Shown piece after piece: positions 18,144 to 28,343 of a stretch of 64,000 nt of DNA. Numbering within the stretch: position 1 is the first letter of the stretch; every line of letters starts with the position of its first letter. A program made the translations under genes and the position numbers. Under the pieces are notes generated by a model. The model saw only the letters and a program-made list of their open reading frames with translations. It did no database searches and had not been told where the DNA came from. The stretch comes from Rhodospirillaceae bacterium (GTDB lineage Bacteria; Pseudomonadota; Alphaproteobacteria; Rhodospirillales; JABJKH01), in NCBI GenBank assembly GCA_018660465.1, contig JABJKH010000007.1:16031-80030 (forward strand), in the 5' to 3' direction.

Positions 18144-19370
18144 ATGACCATACTTCACCGAATTATCCCGCTGTTTGCCCTCATTGTCCTGGCAATGTTT
18201 GCCAGTCATGCAAGTGCTGCGGAATCCTGCGTTAACGTTGGGCAATGGCTACGGCCTGATGACAGGACGACCGTCACCCATAGGGGACTTATGGCGGAAC
18301 TTTCAAAACGTCCAGTGGTTCTGCTGGGCGAAGTCCATACCAATGTGGAACACCACCGCTGGCAACTTCATACGTTGGCTGCCCTTCATGCCTTGAACCC
18401 GAACATGGTCATCGCGTTTGAAGCTTTTCCACGATCGACTCAATCAGTCCTAGATAAATGGGTGCGTGGCGAATTGGGGGTCGATGCGTTCTTGAAGCAA
18501 AGCCGCTGGCACGACGTCTGGCGGTTTGATGCGAACCAATACCTGCCGCTGTTCCATTTCGCGCGTCAGCATAGGATTCCCATGGTGGCGATGAATGTGG
18601 AGCGGGACCTCATTCGCGCTGTGGGGAAGCAGGGGTTTGAGAAAGTCCCCAAAGATGTACGTGAGGGCGTGAGCAAGCCTGCGCCGGCCGCCGAGGCGTA
18701 TCGGAAATCCCTTCGCGACGTCTTCGATGCGCATCAGAAAATAGGAATTGGCAGTCCTCATAAGCCAAAGAAACCTAGTAATAAGACCGCGCCTGCCTCT
18801 AAAGATTCAGTAGAAACCCGATTCGACCGATTTGTCCAAGTCCAAACCACCTGGGACCGTGCAATGGCGGAAGCGATTTATAAGGCCCGACTCGCGAACA
18901 ACTCCCCCCTTGTCGTCGGCATTGTCGGTATGGGGCATCTAGAATTTGGTTATGGCATTTCCCATCAACTTGCAGACCTGGGGCTCAAAAACGCCGCGGT
19001 CTTATTGCCTTGGGGGCCGAAACGCACCTGTGGCGATTTAAAATCCGCGGGCGGAGTCGCGATAGCAGAGGTCGTGTTCGGCACGAAACCCGTTCAAGAA
19101 CCGGCTCAGAATTCGAAACCTAAGCTCGGCGTCATGATTTCCACTGCGAAACAAAAGGTACTGATTAATAGGGTGCTCAAGGACAGCATCGCCGAAGCCG
19201 CAGGCATTAAGGATGGTGACCGTGTTATGGAAGCGGCCGGGGTTGTTATTCACGACACAGCGACCTTAGTCAGCATCATCCAACGTCAAGCTCCGGGAAC
19301 GTGGCTGCCCCTCGTAATTGACCGAAAGGGAACAAAATCGGTCATTATTGCGAAATTCCCGGCAAATTAG
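18144..19370 (+). CDS. ChaN/Tiki-like (haem-binding uptake family) periplasmic protein fused to a C-terminal PDZ domain
   Basis: The signal peptide is LFALIVLAMFASHASA. ChaN-family-like VVLLGEVHTNVEHHRWQ is present. The C-terminal PDZ-like region is GIKDGDRVMEAAGVVI. The ATG is at 18144 and the tracked ORF starts at a TTG at 18138. Confidence 0.65.
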   Translation: MTILHRIIPLFALIVLAMFASHASAAESCVNVGQWLRPDDRTTVTHRGLMAELSKRPVVLLGEVHTNVEHHRWQLHTLAALHALNPNMVIAFEAFPRSTQSVLDKWVRGELGVDAFLKQSRWHDVWRFDANQYLPLFHFARQHRIPMVAMNVERDLIRAVGKQGFEKVPKDVREGVSKPAPAAEAYRKSLRDVFDAHQKIGIGSPHKPKKPSNKTAPASKDSVETRFDRFVQVQTTWDRAMAEAIYKARLANNSPLVVGIVGMGHLEFGYGISHQLADLGLKNAAVLLPWGPKRTCGDLKSAGGVAIAEVVFGTKPVQEPAQNSKPKLGVMISTAKQKVLINRVLKDSIAEAAGIKDGDRVMEAAGVVIHDTATLVSIIQRQAPGTWLPLVIDRKGTKSVIIAKFPAN

Positions 19371-19511
19371 GAAAATTAAAAGTTCCTTAAAGTTAATCAT
19401 TCATTTTGTTAGCAGATTTTAAGTACAACCCCGCCGCCGAAAAAAGAGCTTGTCCAGGGGGCCGATGGCGTGAATACAATGTGCATCCGATATCGCTCCG
19501 AGAGGATAATC

Positions 19512-20111
19512 ATGCGTAATTTTACCATAGTTCTGGGCGTTTTATGCCTTTTCTTCTCAGATGCTGTTTGGGCACAAAGCCAAGGTGACGGCATATTGAA
19601 TGCGGTTTCCTACCGTCCGCTCAAAGCTGGGATCAAAATTGCCGTGGAACCGTATGATAATTCGGCGACCAATATGAAATTAAAAGGCCACTTTGAAAGC
19701 GCGTTGCGGAAAGCTGGCTACGAAATATCCGACACCTCCAACATTATTATGTCATTTGAAACCCGCGATGAAGCGGGCGCTTGGGTGCAACCGGGCAACC
19801 GGACTTATATTGAGCTCCACAACAATCCTGATCGCCGAGGTGTCGAGCCACCAAAAGTTCTTTTAAACCTCTATAACAGTGACCGGGGCGGCGTTTTCAA
19901 TTCGGGCAGAGGCAACCGCGAGGTAACACCTCGAAAGTATCGACTTGAAACCACCATCGACAACAAATCTAATGGTCGACGCATGTGGCATGCCTGGACA
20001 ATTACCAATGTCGGCGCAGCAGACAGTTCCGCCCTTGCTGCATCCATGATCCCGATGATGGTCAAAAACTTAGGCCAGACCGTTCGCGGTCAGGCGTTTG
20101 AAATAAAATAA
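19512..20111 (+). CDS. Hypothetical secreted protein
   Basis: The internal ATG has an SD (GAGAGG) and gives the signal peptide MRNFTIVLGVLCLFFSDAVWA. I recognised no family. Confidence 0.55.
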   Translation: MRNFTIVLGVLCLFFSDAVWAQSQGDGILNAVSYRPLKAGIKIAVEPYDNSATNMKLKGHFESALRKAGYEISDTSNIIMSFETRDEAGAWVQPGNRTYIELHNNPDRRGVEPPKVLLNLYNSDRGGVFNSGRGNREVTPRKYRLETTIDNKSNGRRMWHAWTITNVGAADSSALAASMIPMMVKNLGQTVRGQAFEIK

Positions 20112-20256
20112 CATTGCGCGCCCCCCTATATTTGCAATTGCCGTGAAAGAGAATTCCGGGTACTAAACCCCCCGTTATGCTGCGCTATGACTGAGGCTTG
20201 ATAGGCTTCTTAATCCGCACAATTGGGTTTTCAATTTCCATGTTTGTGACAGAGCT

Positions 20257-21429
20257 ATGAGCGACTTTGCCGATAAGGCCTTACTACCCACCGGAATGGC
20301 TGACGTTTTACCACCTGATGCCGAGTTTGAGGCACACGTGGTTGAGCGCCTGTTGGCGTCGTTTAAGGCCTATGGGTACGACCAGGTAAAGCCGCCACTA
20401 ATTGAGTTTGAGGAAAGCCTGCTGGGAACCAGCGGTGGTGCTGTGGCGAATCAAACATTCCGGCTGATGGACCCGGTTTCTCAACGAATGATGGGGCTTC
20501 GCACCGATATGACGCTGCAAGTCGCGCGGATCGGAACAACGCGCATGAAAAAGGCACCGCGTCCACTTCGCCTCAGCTATGCTGGGCAGGTTCTGCGCGT
20601 TAAAGGAAGCCAGCTTCGCCCTGAACGCCAATTTGGTCAGGTCGGTGTCGAACTGATCGGCTCGGATAGCACTGCTGCGGACGCGGAAGTTATCGTCATG
20701 GCGGTTGAAGCGCTTAATGCCTTAGGCAGTCCCGAGATTTCCGTAGATTTAGGGCTACCATCCCTGGTCAACGCGGTCTGTAGCGACCTTTCAATCGATG
20801 AGGAGGCAAACACTCGCCTGCAAACGGCCCTGGACCGCAAAGACCTAGCAGAAATCAACGCGCTCGCGGATACCTTGGGTCCGAACATTACGGCGACACT
20901 GTCGGCACTCCTAACTGCGGTGGGGCCTGTGGACAGCGCCCTTGAAACTGTGAGAAATATTGAACTGTCAGACGCCGCTGGACAGCAATGGCAAGCCCTG
21001 GTGGATACGGTGGGACACATCAGGCAAGCCAATTCAGATATTAGCCTCACGGTCGATCCTGTTGAGAACCGGGGATTCGAATATCATTCGGGACCAACCT
21101 TCACCTTATTTGCCCGTGGTGTACGCGGTGAATTGGGCAGTGGAGGTCGGTACCGCGCTGGCAACGGCGATACACCCGGCGAACCAGCGACCGGTTTAAC
21201 CCTATTCATGGATACAGTTTTGCGTGCGGTGTCTCCGCTGGAAGACACTCAACGTTTGTATTTACCTCATGGCACGACACCCGCCGTCGCCAAAAATTTC
21301 CGTGACGAAGGGTGGTCGACTCTGCAAGGCTTAAACAAAACAGAAAACCCAGAGACTGAGGCGACGCGGTTGTCCTGCAGCCACGTCCTCATCGATGGCG
21401 ACGCTCAAATTCTAAAGAAGGACGGATAA
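20257..21429 (+). CDS. hisZ: ATP phosphoribosyltransferase regulatory subunit (HisRS paralogue)
   Basis: The 390-aa protein has a class II aaRS-like core without an anticodon-binding domain. Motifs are FRLMDPVSQRMMGLRTDMTLQVARI, LRLSYAGQVLR and RQFGQVGVELIG. Confidence 0.8.
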   Translation: MSDFADKALLPTGMADVLPPDAEFEAHVVERLLASFKAYGYDQVKPPLIEFEESLLGTSGGAVANQTFRLMDPVSQRMMGLRTDMTLQVARIGTTRMKKAPRPLRLSYAGQVLRVKGSQLRPERQFGQVGVELIGSDSTAADAEVIVMAVEALNALGSPEISVDLGLPSLVNAVCSDLSIDEEANTRLQTALDRKDLAEINALADTLGPNITATLSALLTAVGPVDSALETVRNIELSDAAGQQWQALVDTVGHIRQANSDISLTVDPVENRGFEYHSGPTFTLFARGVRGELGSGGRYRAGNGDTPGEPATGLTLFMDTVLRAVSPLEDTQRLYLPHGTTPAVAKNFRDEGWSTLQGLNKTENPETEATRLSCSHVLIDGDAQILKKDG

Positions 21430-21432
21430 AAT

Positions 21433-22725
21433 ATGGCCAACGTGGTTGTAATAGGATCGCAATGGGGCGACGAAGGAAAAGGCAAGATCGTTGACTGGCT
21501 GTCCGAACGCGCCGATGTGGTGGTGCGCTTTCAAGGTGGGCACAACGCTGGGCACACCTTGGTTATCGATGGCGTAACGTACAAGCTAAGTTGCCTACCC
21601 TCCGGCGTGGTGAGAGGCGGCAAGCTTTCAATAATTGGAAACGGCGTGGTCGTTGATCCTTGGGCTTTAGTTGCCGAAATCGACACCGTGCGCGGACAAG
21701 GGGTCGAAATTTCCCCTGATACTGTTCAAATCGCGGAAAATGCATCCTTGATCCTGCCCTTGCACAGTAACCTGGATAACGCCCGCGAAGAAGCCATGGG
21801 CAAAGCCAAAATCGGCACCACTGGCCGAGGCATTGGACCGGCATACGAAGACAAAGTCGCGCGTCGCGCCATTCGGGTGGGTGATCTGGCGGAACCTGAC
21901 GTCCTACCAAACCGAATCGAAAGGCTCCTGTTTCATCATAATGCCTTGCTCAAGGGCATGGGCATGGACCTGATCGATGGCGCTAAGCTGTTGGAGCAAT
22001 TGATAGAAATTGCACCGAAAGTCCTTCCCTTCGCAGGAACTGTTTGGAAACAGCTTGATAACGCTCGTCGATCCGGCAAACGCATTCTGTTCGAAGGTGC
22101 GCAAGGCACCATGCTTGATATCGACCATGGCACCTATCCTTTCGTCACATCCTCTAATACAGTCGCCGGCCAAGCAGCCGCAGGGTCAGGACAAGGACCC
22201 GGCGCGATTGATTTTGTTCTGGGCATTACCAAAGCCTACACTACCCGTGTCGGCAGCGGCCCCTTCCCAACCGAACTTCACGACGAAATTGGTCAGGGCC
22301 TGGGCGAGCGTGGGCATGAATTCGGCACCGTCACCGGGCGATCGCGGCGATGTGGCTGGTTTGATGCAGTGCTTGTTCGACAAGCGGTTAAGGTCAATGG
22401 AATCAATGGGATAGCCCTAACAAAGCTGGATATCTTGGACGGCATGTCTGAATTAAAAGTCTGCACGGGCTACAAAATCGGCGACGAAACTTTCGATTAT
22501 TTTCCAGCGAGTTCGGAGCAACAAAGCAAGGTTGAGCCGGTCTACGAAGTTATGGAAGGCTGGAGCGAAACCACTTATGGGGCGCGGTCATGGGCTGACC
22601 TTCCTGCGACGGCCATTAAATATATCCGCCGAATTGAAGAGCTTATTGAAGCGCCGGTCGCACTTCTATCAACAAGTCCCGAGCGTGACGACACTATTTT
22701 GGTCACCGACCCGTTTACCGATTAG
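21433..22725 (+). CDS. purA: Adenylosuccinate synthetase
   Basis: The P-loop is [22 protein letters not shown] and [12 protein letters not shown] are present. The length of 430 aa is typical. Confidence 0.97.
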   Translation: MANVVVIGSQWGDEGKGKIVDWLSERADVVVRFQGGHNAGHTLVIDGVTYKLSCLPSGVVRGGKLSIIGNGVVVDPWALVAEIDTVRGQGVEISPDTVQIAENASLILPLHSNLDNAREEAMGKAKIGTTGRGIGPAYEDKVARRAIRVGDLAEPDVLPNRIERLLFHHNALLKGMGMDLIDGAKLLEQLIEIAPKVLPFAGTVWKQLDNARRSGKRILFEGAQGTMLDIDHGTYPFVTSSNTVAGQAAAGSGQGPGAIDFVLGITKAYTTRVGSGPFPTELHDEIGQGLGERGHEFGTVTGRSRRCGWFDAVLVRQAVKVNGINGIALTKLDILDGMSELKVCTGYKIGDETFDYFPASSEQQSKVEPVYEVMEGWSETTYGARSWADLPATAIKYIRRIEELIEAPVALLSTSPERDDTILVTDPFTD

Positions 22726-22829
22726 GGCTCATAATTTATCCTGGTAAAGTGTTATTAAGACGTTTTGTTGTATTGCCTAGAACAGGCGATTAATCTTCTT
22801 CCTGAGCCTGAAGGAATGGAAGTTCAGTA

Positions 22830-24899
22830 ATGGCAGAAGCAGCTCCCGCAGAAGCTGAGGTTCCCGAGGAACCCAAAAAAACAGAGATCCCGGAAACACT
22901 GCCAGGGTCTGGCGGTGGTCCGGCTATTCTGTACGATCGTTTTATCATCAATTCTGACACCACGATTCCAGACTTGGACACCCCGTCGGCGAAGGCGTAC
23001 AGCGTCGAAGACCGGCGCGAGGCGGGCAGCCAACTGTTTGCCCTGATATGTACGCCGGGTCTGCCAATTCGGGATGAGATCATAGATGACCTTAAGGCCG
23101 GTGATATTCCCGGACTGATGAAGCTGGTCGATTGGGGAAAGGTCCATTGGCCGCCTTTGAACCAAACCGCTATGGCGATGATCTATCGCCGCCCGATGGG
23201 TGGAAAGGTCACCAGTACCTACGATGCGGATGGTTTTCGAATTACGGAATATGATATACCGACACAGGTTATAAAACCGCTGGGATCAGCAATCCGAGAA
23301 TTGGGGATCCGAAAGATTACCCATCGGGCCATTCGTCCAAATAATCTATTTTATATGGATGAAGAACGTACCCAAATGGTTTTGGGCGACTGTGCAACGA
23401 CGCCTCCGGGTTTCGACCAGCCCGTAATTTTTGATTCATTGCCAGCAGCCATGGCTTCGCCCGGCGGCCGTGGCCCCGGCGATATAAAAGACGATTTGTT
23501 TTCTCTTGGTATTACCGTCTTGTACTTTTTGCTGGAAGACAATCCAATTGCTGAATTGGAAACAAGCGATCAAGTTATTCAGCGTGCCGAGATTGGGACC
23601 TATCAGGTCCTCCTCAAAAATTATCGCCTTCCGGCTAAAATGACAGAAGTATTGCGGGGATTGCTTTCCGACGAACCTGATGAACGCTGGGGAACCAGTG
23701 AATTAGAAACTTGGATTAACGGCAAACGTCCGGCGGCACTTCCCCGCAAGAGCCTGATCAAGGCAGACGCACCCTTTAAGTTTGAATCGTATGAACTGGT
23801 AGCCCCGCGGGCACTTGCACACGCTCTGGCGAAAAACGTGCCAGAAGCAGCAAAAGCAATCAAAAGCGGCGACCTGGAAATTTGGGCTCGTAGCGATCTG
23901 AAAATAAGTGGCTTGGCAGATTCTATTAAGGAAATTGCCGAAGTCGCGACGATAAACGTAAATAAGGCGGATTCGAAAGACGATTTTGTGGTCACTAAAG
24001 TGAGTCTCATTATGGACCCAACCGGCCCTATTCGTTATCGAGGATTTTCTTTTATGCCTGACGGGTTCGGAGGCGCAATGGCTGTCGAATACCTACGCAC
24101 TCAGGAAAATAAATTCGCTGCTCAAGTTCTATCGCGTAACGTCCTCGGTATTTGGACCGTTGCCCAAGGAGATAACTCGCCAGATACTTTTTCCTATGAT
24201 GCCAACTTTAAGGAGCTACGTAAATTTCAACAAAAAGTCTCTTTAGGCTATGGAATAGAACGGTGCCTCTATGAGGAAAACCGATCCCTTGCTTGCCAAA
24301 GTCCAAATATTGCCCAGGACTACGTAACCGATATTAGAGAAATTCTGACGGCACTAGATCGGGCGGCCAATCGCGCCGATACGACCGGGAAACCTATTGA
24401 CCGGCATGTTGCGGGATTCATCGCCGCCCATTTCGATCAGGAAATTGAACCGCACCTAAATGCACTCGCAAGTCCTGGCGAAGCGTCATCACTCATCGGC
24501 ATGCTCAGCCTGCTAGCGTTAATGCAGTGGAAGCTAGAAGGTGAGCCGGTTTATGGTTTATCGAGTTGGATGGGGGGACTTTTAGGTCCCGCAATCAACA
24601 CCTACTACAATCGGTCTACCCGGCGTGAAATTGAAGGTGAAATTCCCAAGCTGGTGCGCCAAGGCAGCCTGCCCGACCTGTTTGATCTAATCGATAACGC
24701 CGAGCGGCGTAAGGACGATATGAACGGTTTCGAAGAGGCACAAGCCGAATACGCGACCGCAGAGGCCGAAGTTAAGGAACTGACTGAAAACGAAGAAGAG
24801 CGAGCCAACTCGGCAGAATCTTCTGGGCATCATGCGTCAGCTGTTACCTCATTTCTTTTTATGGCATTTATTGTAACTCTTGTTTTTATCTTTGGTTGA
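22830..24899 (+). CDS. Protein-kinase-fold protein lacking the catalytic Asp (putative pseudokinase) with long C-terminal region and TM anchor
   Basis: The catalytic-loop-like sequence is THRAIRPNN, against the canonical HRDxKxxN. LGD stands in place of DFG, and I saw no clear Gly-rich loop. The C-terminal hydrophobic tail is VTSFLFMAFIVTLVFIFG. Confidence 0.6.
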   Translation: MAEAAPAEAEVPEEPKKTEIPETLPGSGGGPAILYDRFIINSDTTIPDLDTPSAKAYSVEDRREAGSQLFALICTPGLPIRDEIIDDLKAGDIPGLMKLVDWGKVHWPPLNQTAMAMIYRRPMGGKVTSTYDADGFRITEYDIPTQVIKPLGSAIRELGIRKITHRAIRPNNLFYMDEERTQMVLGDCATTPPGFDQPVIFDSLPAAMASPGGRGPGDIKDDLFSLGITVLYFLLEDNPIAELETSDQVIQRAEIGTYQVLLKNYRLPAKMTEVLRGLLSDEPDERWGTSELETWINGKRPAALPRKSLIKADAPFKFESYELVAPRALAHALAKNVPEAAKAIKSGDLEIWARSDLKISGLADSIKEIAEVATINVNKADSKDDFVVTKVSLIMDPTGPIRYRGFSFMPDGFGGAMAVEYLRTQENKFAAQVLSRNVLGIWTVAQGDNSPDTFSYDANFKELRKFQQKVSLGYGIERCLYEENRSLACQSPNIAQDYVTDIREILTALDRAANRADTTGKPIDRHVAGFIAAHFDQEIEPHLNALASPGEASSLIGMLSLLALMQWKLEGEPVYGLSSWMGGLLGPAINTYYNRSTRREIEGEIPKLVRQGSLPDLFDLIDNAERRKDDMNGFEEAQAEYATAEAEVKELTENEEERANSAESSGHHASAVTSFLFMAFIVTLVFIFG

Positions 24900-24923
24900 G
24901 TCTCGAGTTCGGAACACGGTGGC

Positions 24924-25493
24924 ATGGGCAGCATTTTAAAATTATATTTTGGCGTTTTTTGTTTGGTGATTCTGCTCATCATGGTCGCCTTGCCGACCGT
25001 GATCATCCTATTCTTTGGCATGCTACCAAGCCTAGTTGCGTTTATCGTTGATCGTTCCGCCCGAAAATCTCAAGCCATTTGCGTCGGTAGCATGAACTTT
25101 ACCGGCGTCTTTCCATCCCTGATGGAACTTTGGGTCGAGACTGACAATTCCTACGAAGCGGCAACGGAAATATTCTCTGACGTGTTTATCATTGCGCTAA
25201 TGTATTCCGCAGCCGCATTTGGGTACCTGATGTACATGGTTATACCGCCGATGGTAACTACATTTTTGAACGTCATGGCGCAGCGCCGCATTGCGTTACT
25301 GCGGGCCGCACAAAAGAAAATTATCGGCGAATGGGGACCCGAAGTCGCTCAGATCGTTGCCGACGCAGACGAAGAGGAGGAGGATGAGAAAGAGGAGAAA
25401 GCTGATCCGCCTGATGAAGACAGCAACTCAGATGTACAGGACCTACCCGATCTAGAAGATGATGGCGGCATCATCATGGAAGATTTGCGATAG
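24924..25493 (+). CDS. Small polytopic membrane protein with highly acidic C-terminal tail
   Basis: The 189-aa protein has 3-4 hydrophobic helices. Its tail is DADEEEEDEKEEKADPPDEDSNSD. It starts 25 nt after the kinase-fold gene. Confidence 0.6.
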   Translation: MGSILKLYFGVFCLVILLIMVALPTVIILFFGMLPSLVAFIVDRSARKSQAICVGSMNFTGVFPSLMELWVETDNSYEAATEIFSDVFIIALMYSAAAFGYLMYMVIPPMVTTFLNVMAQRRIALLRAAQKKIIGEWGPEVAQIVADADEEEEDEKEEKADPPDEDSNSDVQDLPDLEDDGGIIMEDLR

Positions 25494-25505
25494 GCTACGT
25501 GCTCC

Positions 25506-26390
25506 CTAGATCGCCAGATCGGTCCCGCTGGTTTCTTGTTCAATGGAAAGTTTTATCTTTTTAAGGGCGTTGGCCTCGATTTGGCGAACGCGTTCGCGCG
25601 AAATACTGTACACCCGGCTCAACTGCTCAAGCGTAGAAGGCTTATCGCTTAAGCGCCGTTCAGTGATAATGTGGCGCTCCCGATCCGTTAGCAACCCCAT
25701 TGCCCCGGTTAGAAGTTGGCGGCGAATGGTTAATTCCTCTACCTCTGCAACGTAGGTCTCTTGGCTTTCTGAGTCATCAACCAAAAAATCTTGCCATTCA
25801 TCAAAGCCATCTTCGCGCAACGGCACATTCAAAGAATGATCGTGGCTCGACAAACGTCCGTTCATGCTGGAGACCTCTGCCTCCGACACATTCAATCGAT
25901 CCGCAATGATCGTGACGTGCTCTGGCGACAGATCGCCATCGTCGATGGCCTGCAGCTGCGCTTTCAGTTTGCGCAAATTGAAGAATAATTTTTTCTGTGC
26001 TGCCGTTGTTCCCATTTTCACGATCGACCAGGACCGCAAGATATATTCCTGCATTGATGCTCTGATCCACCACATGGCATAGGTTGCCAAACGGAATCCA
26101 CGATCCGGGTCAAATCGTTTAACCGCCTTGATCATTCCAAGGTTTCCTTCGGACAACACCTCCGCCAACGGCAAGCCATACCCGCGGTATCCCATCGCAA
26201 TTCGTGCGACCAAACGAAGGTGACTGGTTATCAGACGGTCTGCCGCCGATTGATCCCCTTGTTCGACCCAACGGCGAGCCAATTCGACTTCTTCCCCCGG
26301 CGTGAGCATGGGGATGTTGTGGACCCGGTTGAGATAGCGGGACAGATTCAATTCAGGACTGGGGCCGTCTTCGGGTATTACGGATGCCAT
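25506..26390 (-). CDS. rpoH: RNA polymerase sigma-32 heat-shock factor
   Basis: The RpoH box is QKKLFFNLRKLK. Region 2 includes LRLVARIAMGYRGYGL and a region 4 HTH is present. I prefer the ATG at 26390 (MASVIPED...) over the one at 26423. Confidence 0.92.
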   Translation of the reverse strand: MASVIPEDGPSPELNLSRYLNRVHNIPMLTPGEEVELARRWVEQGDQSAADRLITSHLRLVARIAMGYRGYGLPLAEVLSEGNLGMIKAVKRFDPDRGFRLATYAMWWIRASMQEYILRSWSIVKMGTTAAQKKLFFNLRKLKAQLQAIDDGDLSPEHVTIIADRLNVSEAEVSSMNGRLSSHDHSLNVPLREDGFDEWQDFLVDDSESQETYVAEVEELTIRRQLLTGAMGLLTDRERHIITERRLSDKPSTLEQLSRVYSISRERVRQIEANALKKIKLSIEQETSGTDLAI

Positions 26391-26503
26391 GAGTAGGTAC
26401 TTTCGCCGAACGTTGAAATACATAAATGCTATTCGCTTCGACGCTTCGCGACGCAGTGAATAACACCATATTACCCGACGAATTTGATAAGGTATATATA
26501 AAT

Positions 26504-27502
26504 TTAGTCTGTATCTAATATTTTAATTATCTTATTGATATAATTAGATTTTTCTGAATACAAGTCGATGTCTTTTTCCGTTATAGGGTGATAAAACCCT
26601 ATGTTTAACGCATGTAATGCCTGATACTCGCATGAATTTAGCTGTTTTTTTTGTTCATCGGAGACCGACCGCAACCGTCGCGCGGCACCACCATCGTAAA
26701 CGGGATCACAGACCAGCGAATGCCCGATGCTGGTCATATGAACACGAATTTGATGGGTGCGGCCGGTCTCCAGTTTACAGGTTACTAAACTGGCCTGAGT
26801 CCCGATAGCGCGCTCTACCTTATAATGGGTAACTGCTGTCTTTCCACCGCGCGCGACAATCGCCATTTTTTTTCTGTTCGATGGGCTTCTCCCGATGTTT
26901 CCTTCAATCGTTCCTTCCCGTGGCGCGGGCATGCCCCAGACGACGGCGCAGTAGGAACGACGAACCGTGTGGGCCGCAAATTGCTCGGAAAGGCCGTGGT
27001 GCGTCGCATCATTTTTAGCCGCGACAAGTAGGCCGCTGGTATCCTTATCTAAACGATGAACGATCCCTGGTCGACTGACCCCGCCAATGCCGGAGAGACT
27101 ACCCCGGCAATGATGCAGGAGCGCATTGACCAAGGTTCCCTCAAAATGACCGGGTGCCGGATGCACGACAAGCCCGGCCGGCTTGTTAATGACAATCAGA
27201 TCATCATCCTCAAACACCACATCCAGCGGGATATCTTGTGGTTGCGGTAGGGCTGGAACGACGGGCGGAACATCCACCTGATAGACCTGTCCGACTTTAA
27301 CTTTCTGAGCAGGTTCAAGTACGGCAGCCGCATCCCCTTCCCTGCTAACCTGTCCGCCTTCAATTAGCGACTTAAAACGTGTCCGTGACATTTCCGGCAA
27401 GGCTTCCGCCAGGAAGCTATCCAGCCGCGTGCCGGCCTTGTGCTCGGGCACCGGGACTGTATAAGACTGTTGGTTCGTCGTACTGGGCATTGTGCTCATC
27501 AT
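26504..27502 (-). CDS. rluD: RluA-family 23S rRNA pseudouridine synthase (RluD-like, S4 domain + catalytic domain)
   Basis: The N-terminal S4-like region is RLDSFLAE...SRTRFKSLI. The catalytic motif is HRLDKDTSGLLV. Confidence 0.8.
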   Translation of the reverse strand: MMSTMPSTTNQQSYTVPVPEHKAGTRLDSFLAEALPEMSRTRFKSLIEGGQVSREGDAAAVLEPAQKVKVGQVYQVDVPPVVPALPQPQDIPLDVVFEDDDLIVINKPAGLVVHPAPGHFEGTLVNALLHHCRGSLSGIGGVSRPGIVHRLDKDTSGLLVAAKNDATHHGLSEQFAAHTVRRSYCAVVWGMPAPREGTIEGNIGRSPSNRKKMAIVARGGKTAVTHYKVERAIGTQASLVTCKLETGRTHQIRVHMTSIGHSLVCDPVYDGGAARRLRSVSDEQKKQLNSCEYQALHALNIGFYHPITEKDIDLYSEKSNYINKIIKILDTD

Positions 27503-27523
27503 AGGAAAGAGTTAAGCAAAACC

Positions 27524-27865
27524 ATGCGTGCACTCAAGGGTATCGTTATTGGCATGGGCGTCCTTATTGTGATCGGGCTGGGCGGTGTTGGCTACGGAAT
27601 ATACAAAAATGCGTCGTCCCTTGGTAAAAAATCCACTGCCGCATCGTCGGAAAGTTCCATCTCAAAGGCAACGGAGTCCTGGTCTCAAGACCTGGCCGTG
27701 TCTCTGCCCCCTGGATGCATCGTTAAAGACGTCAAAACGGGAGACGGTCGAATGTATGTCATCATTGCCGGCACTTCTCAGGAAGGCAAAGCCGTTTGCA
27801 GCAGGGTAATCGTTGTTGACCCGGCGTCGGGTAAACGTTTGGGAACGCTCAAGGTCATCCCTTGA
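27524..27865 (+). CDS. Small membrane-anchored hypothetical protein
   Basis: The internal ATG gives MRALKGIVIGMGVLIVIGLGGVGYGIY (an N-terminal TM helix). There is a 4-nt overlap with the downstream JAMM gene. Confidence 0.55.
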   Translation: MRALKGIVIGMGVLIVIGLGGVGYGIYKNASSLGKKSTAASSESSISKATESWSQDLAVSLPPGCIVKDVKTGDGRMYVIIAGTSQEGKAVCSRVIVVDPASGKRLGTLKVIP

Positions 27866-28332
27866 TATTTATTCCAGGTGCCCTTCTTAAAGTAATCATC
27901 GATGAAGCAGAAACCGCCGCGCCTGAAGAATGCTGCGGGCTTTTGGTGGGGCGCAATTGGACAGAGGGCCAATCTGACAACGACCTTGTCGTGACCCGCG
28001 TCGCCCCCAGTACAAATGTTATCGAAGGTGATCCGTTAAAGTCGTTCGAGGTTGACCCCAAACTAAGGTTCGATTTAATGCGCGAGATCAAAGACACCGA
28101 TAAACGCATTATCGGCGTCTACCACTCTCACCCCGATCAATCCGCACAACCCAGCGCCCGTGACTTAGCCCAAGCATGGGAGCCTGACCTTACATGGCTC
28201 ATTGTTTCGCTGATTAATGGCCAGGCCGTTCACACGACCGCCCACGCGCTCAATGCCGATGCCAACCAATTCGAAGAAGTCGGCCTAAGAACCACTGATT
28301 GGCAGCCCTACCCGCAGCGCGAAAATACATAA
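27862..28332 (+). CDS. Mov34/MPN/JAB1-family metalloprotease-like protein
   Basis: The JAMM motif is HSHPDQSAQPSARD, with an upstream Glu (EECCGLLVG). Confidence 0.8.
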   Translation: MIFIPGALLKVIIDEAETAAPEECCGLLVGRNWTEGQSDNDLVVTRVAPSTNVIEGDPLKSFEVDPKLRFDLMREIKDTDKRIIGVYHSHPDQSAQPSARDLAQAWEPDLTWLIVSLINGQAVHTTAHALNADANQFEEVGLRTTDWQPYPQRENT

Positions 28333-28343
28333 GCCAAACGACT

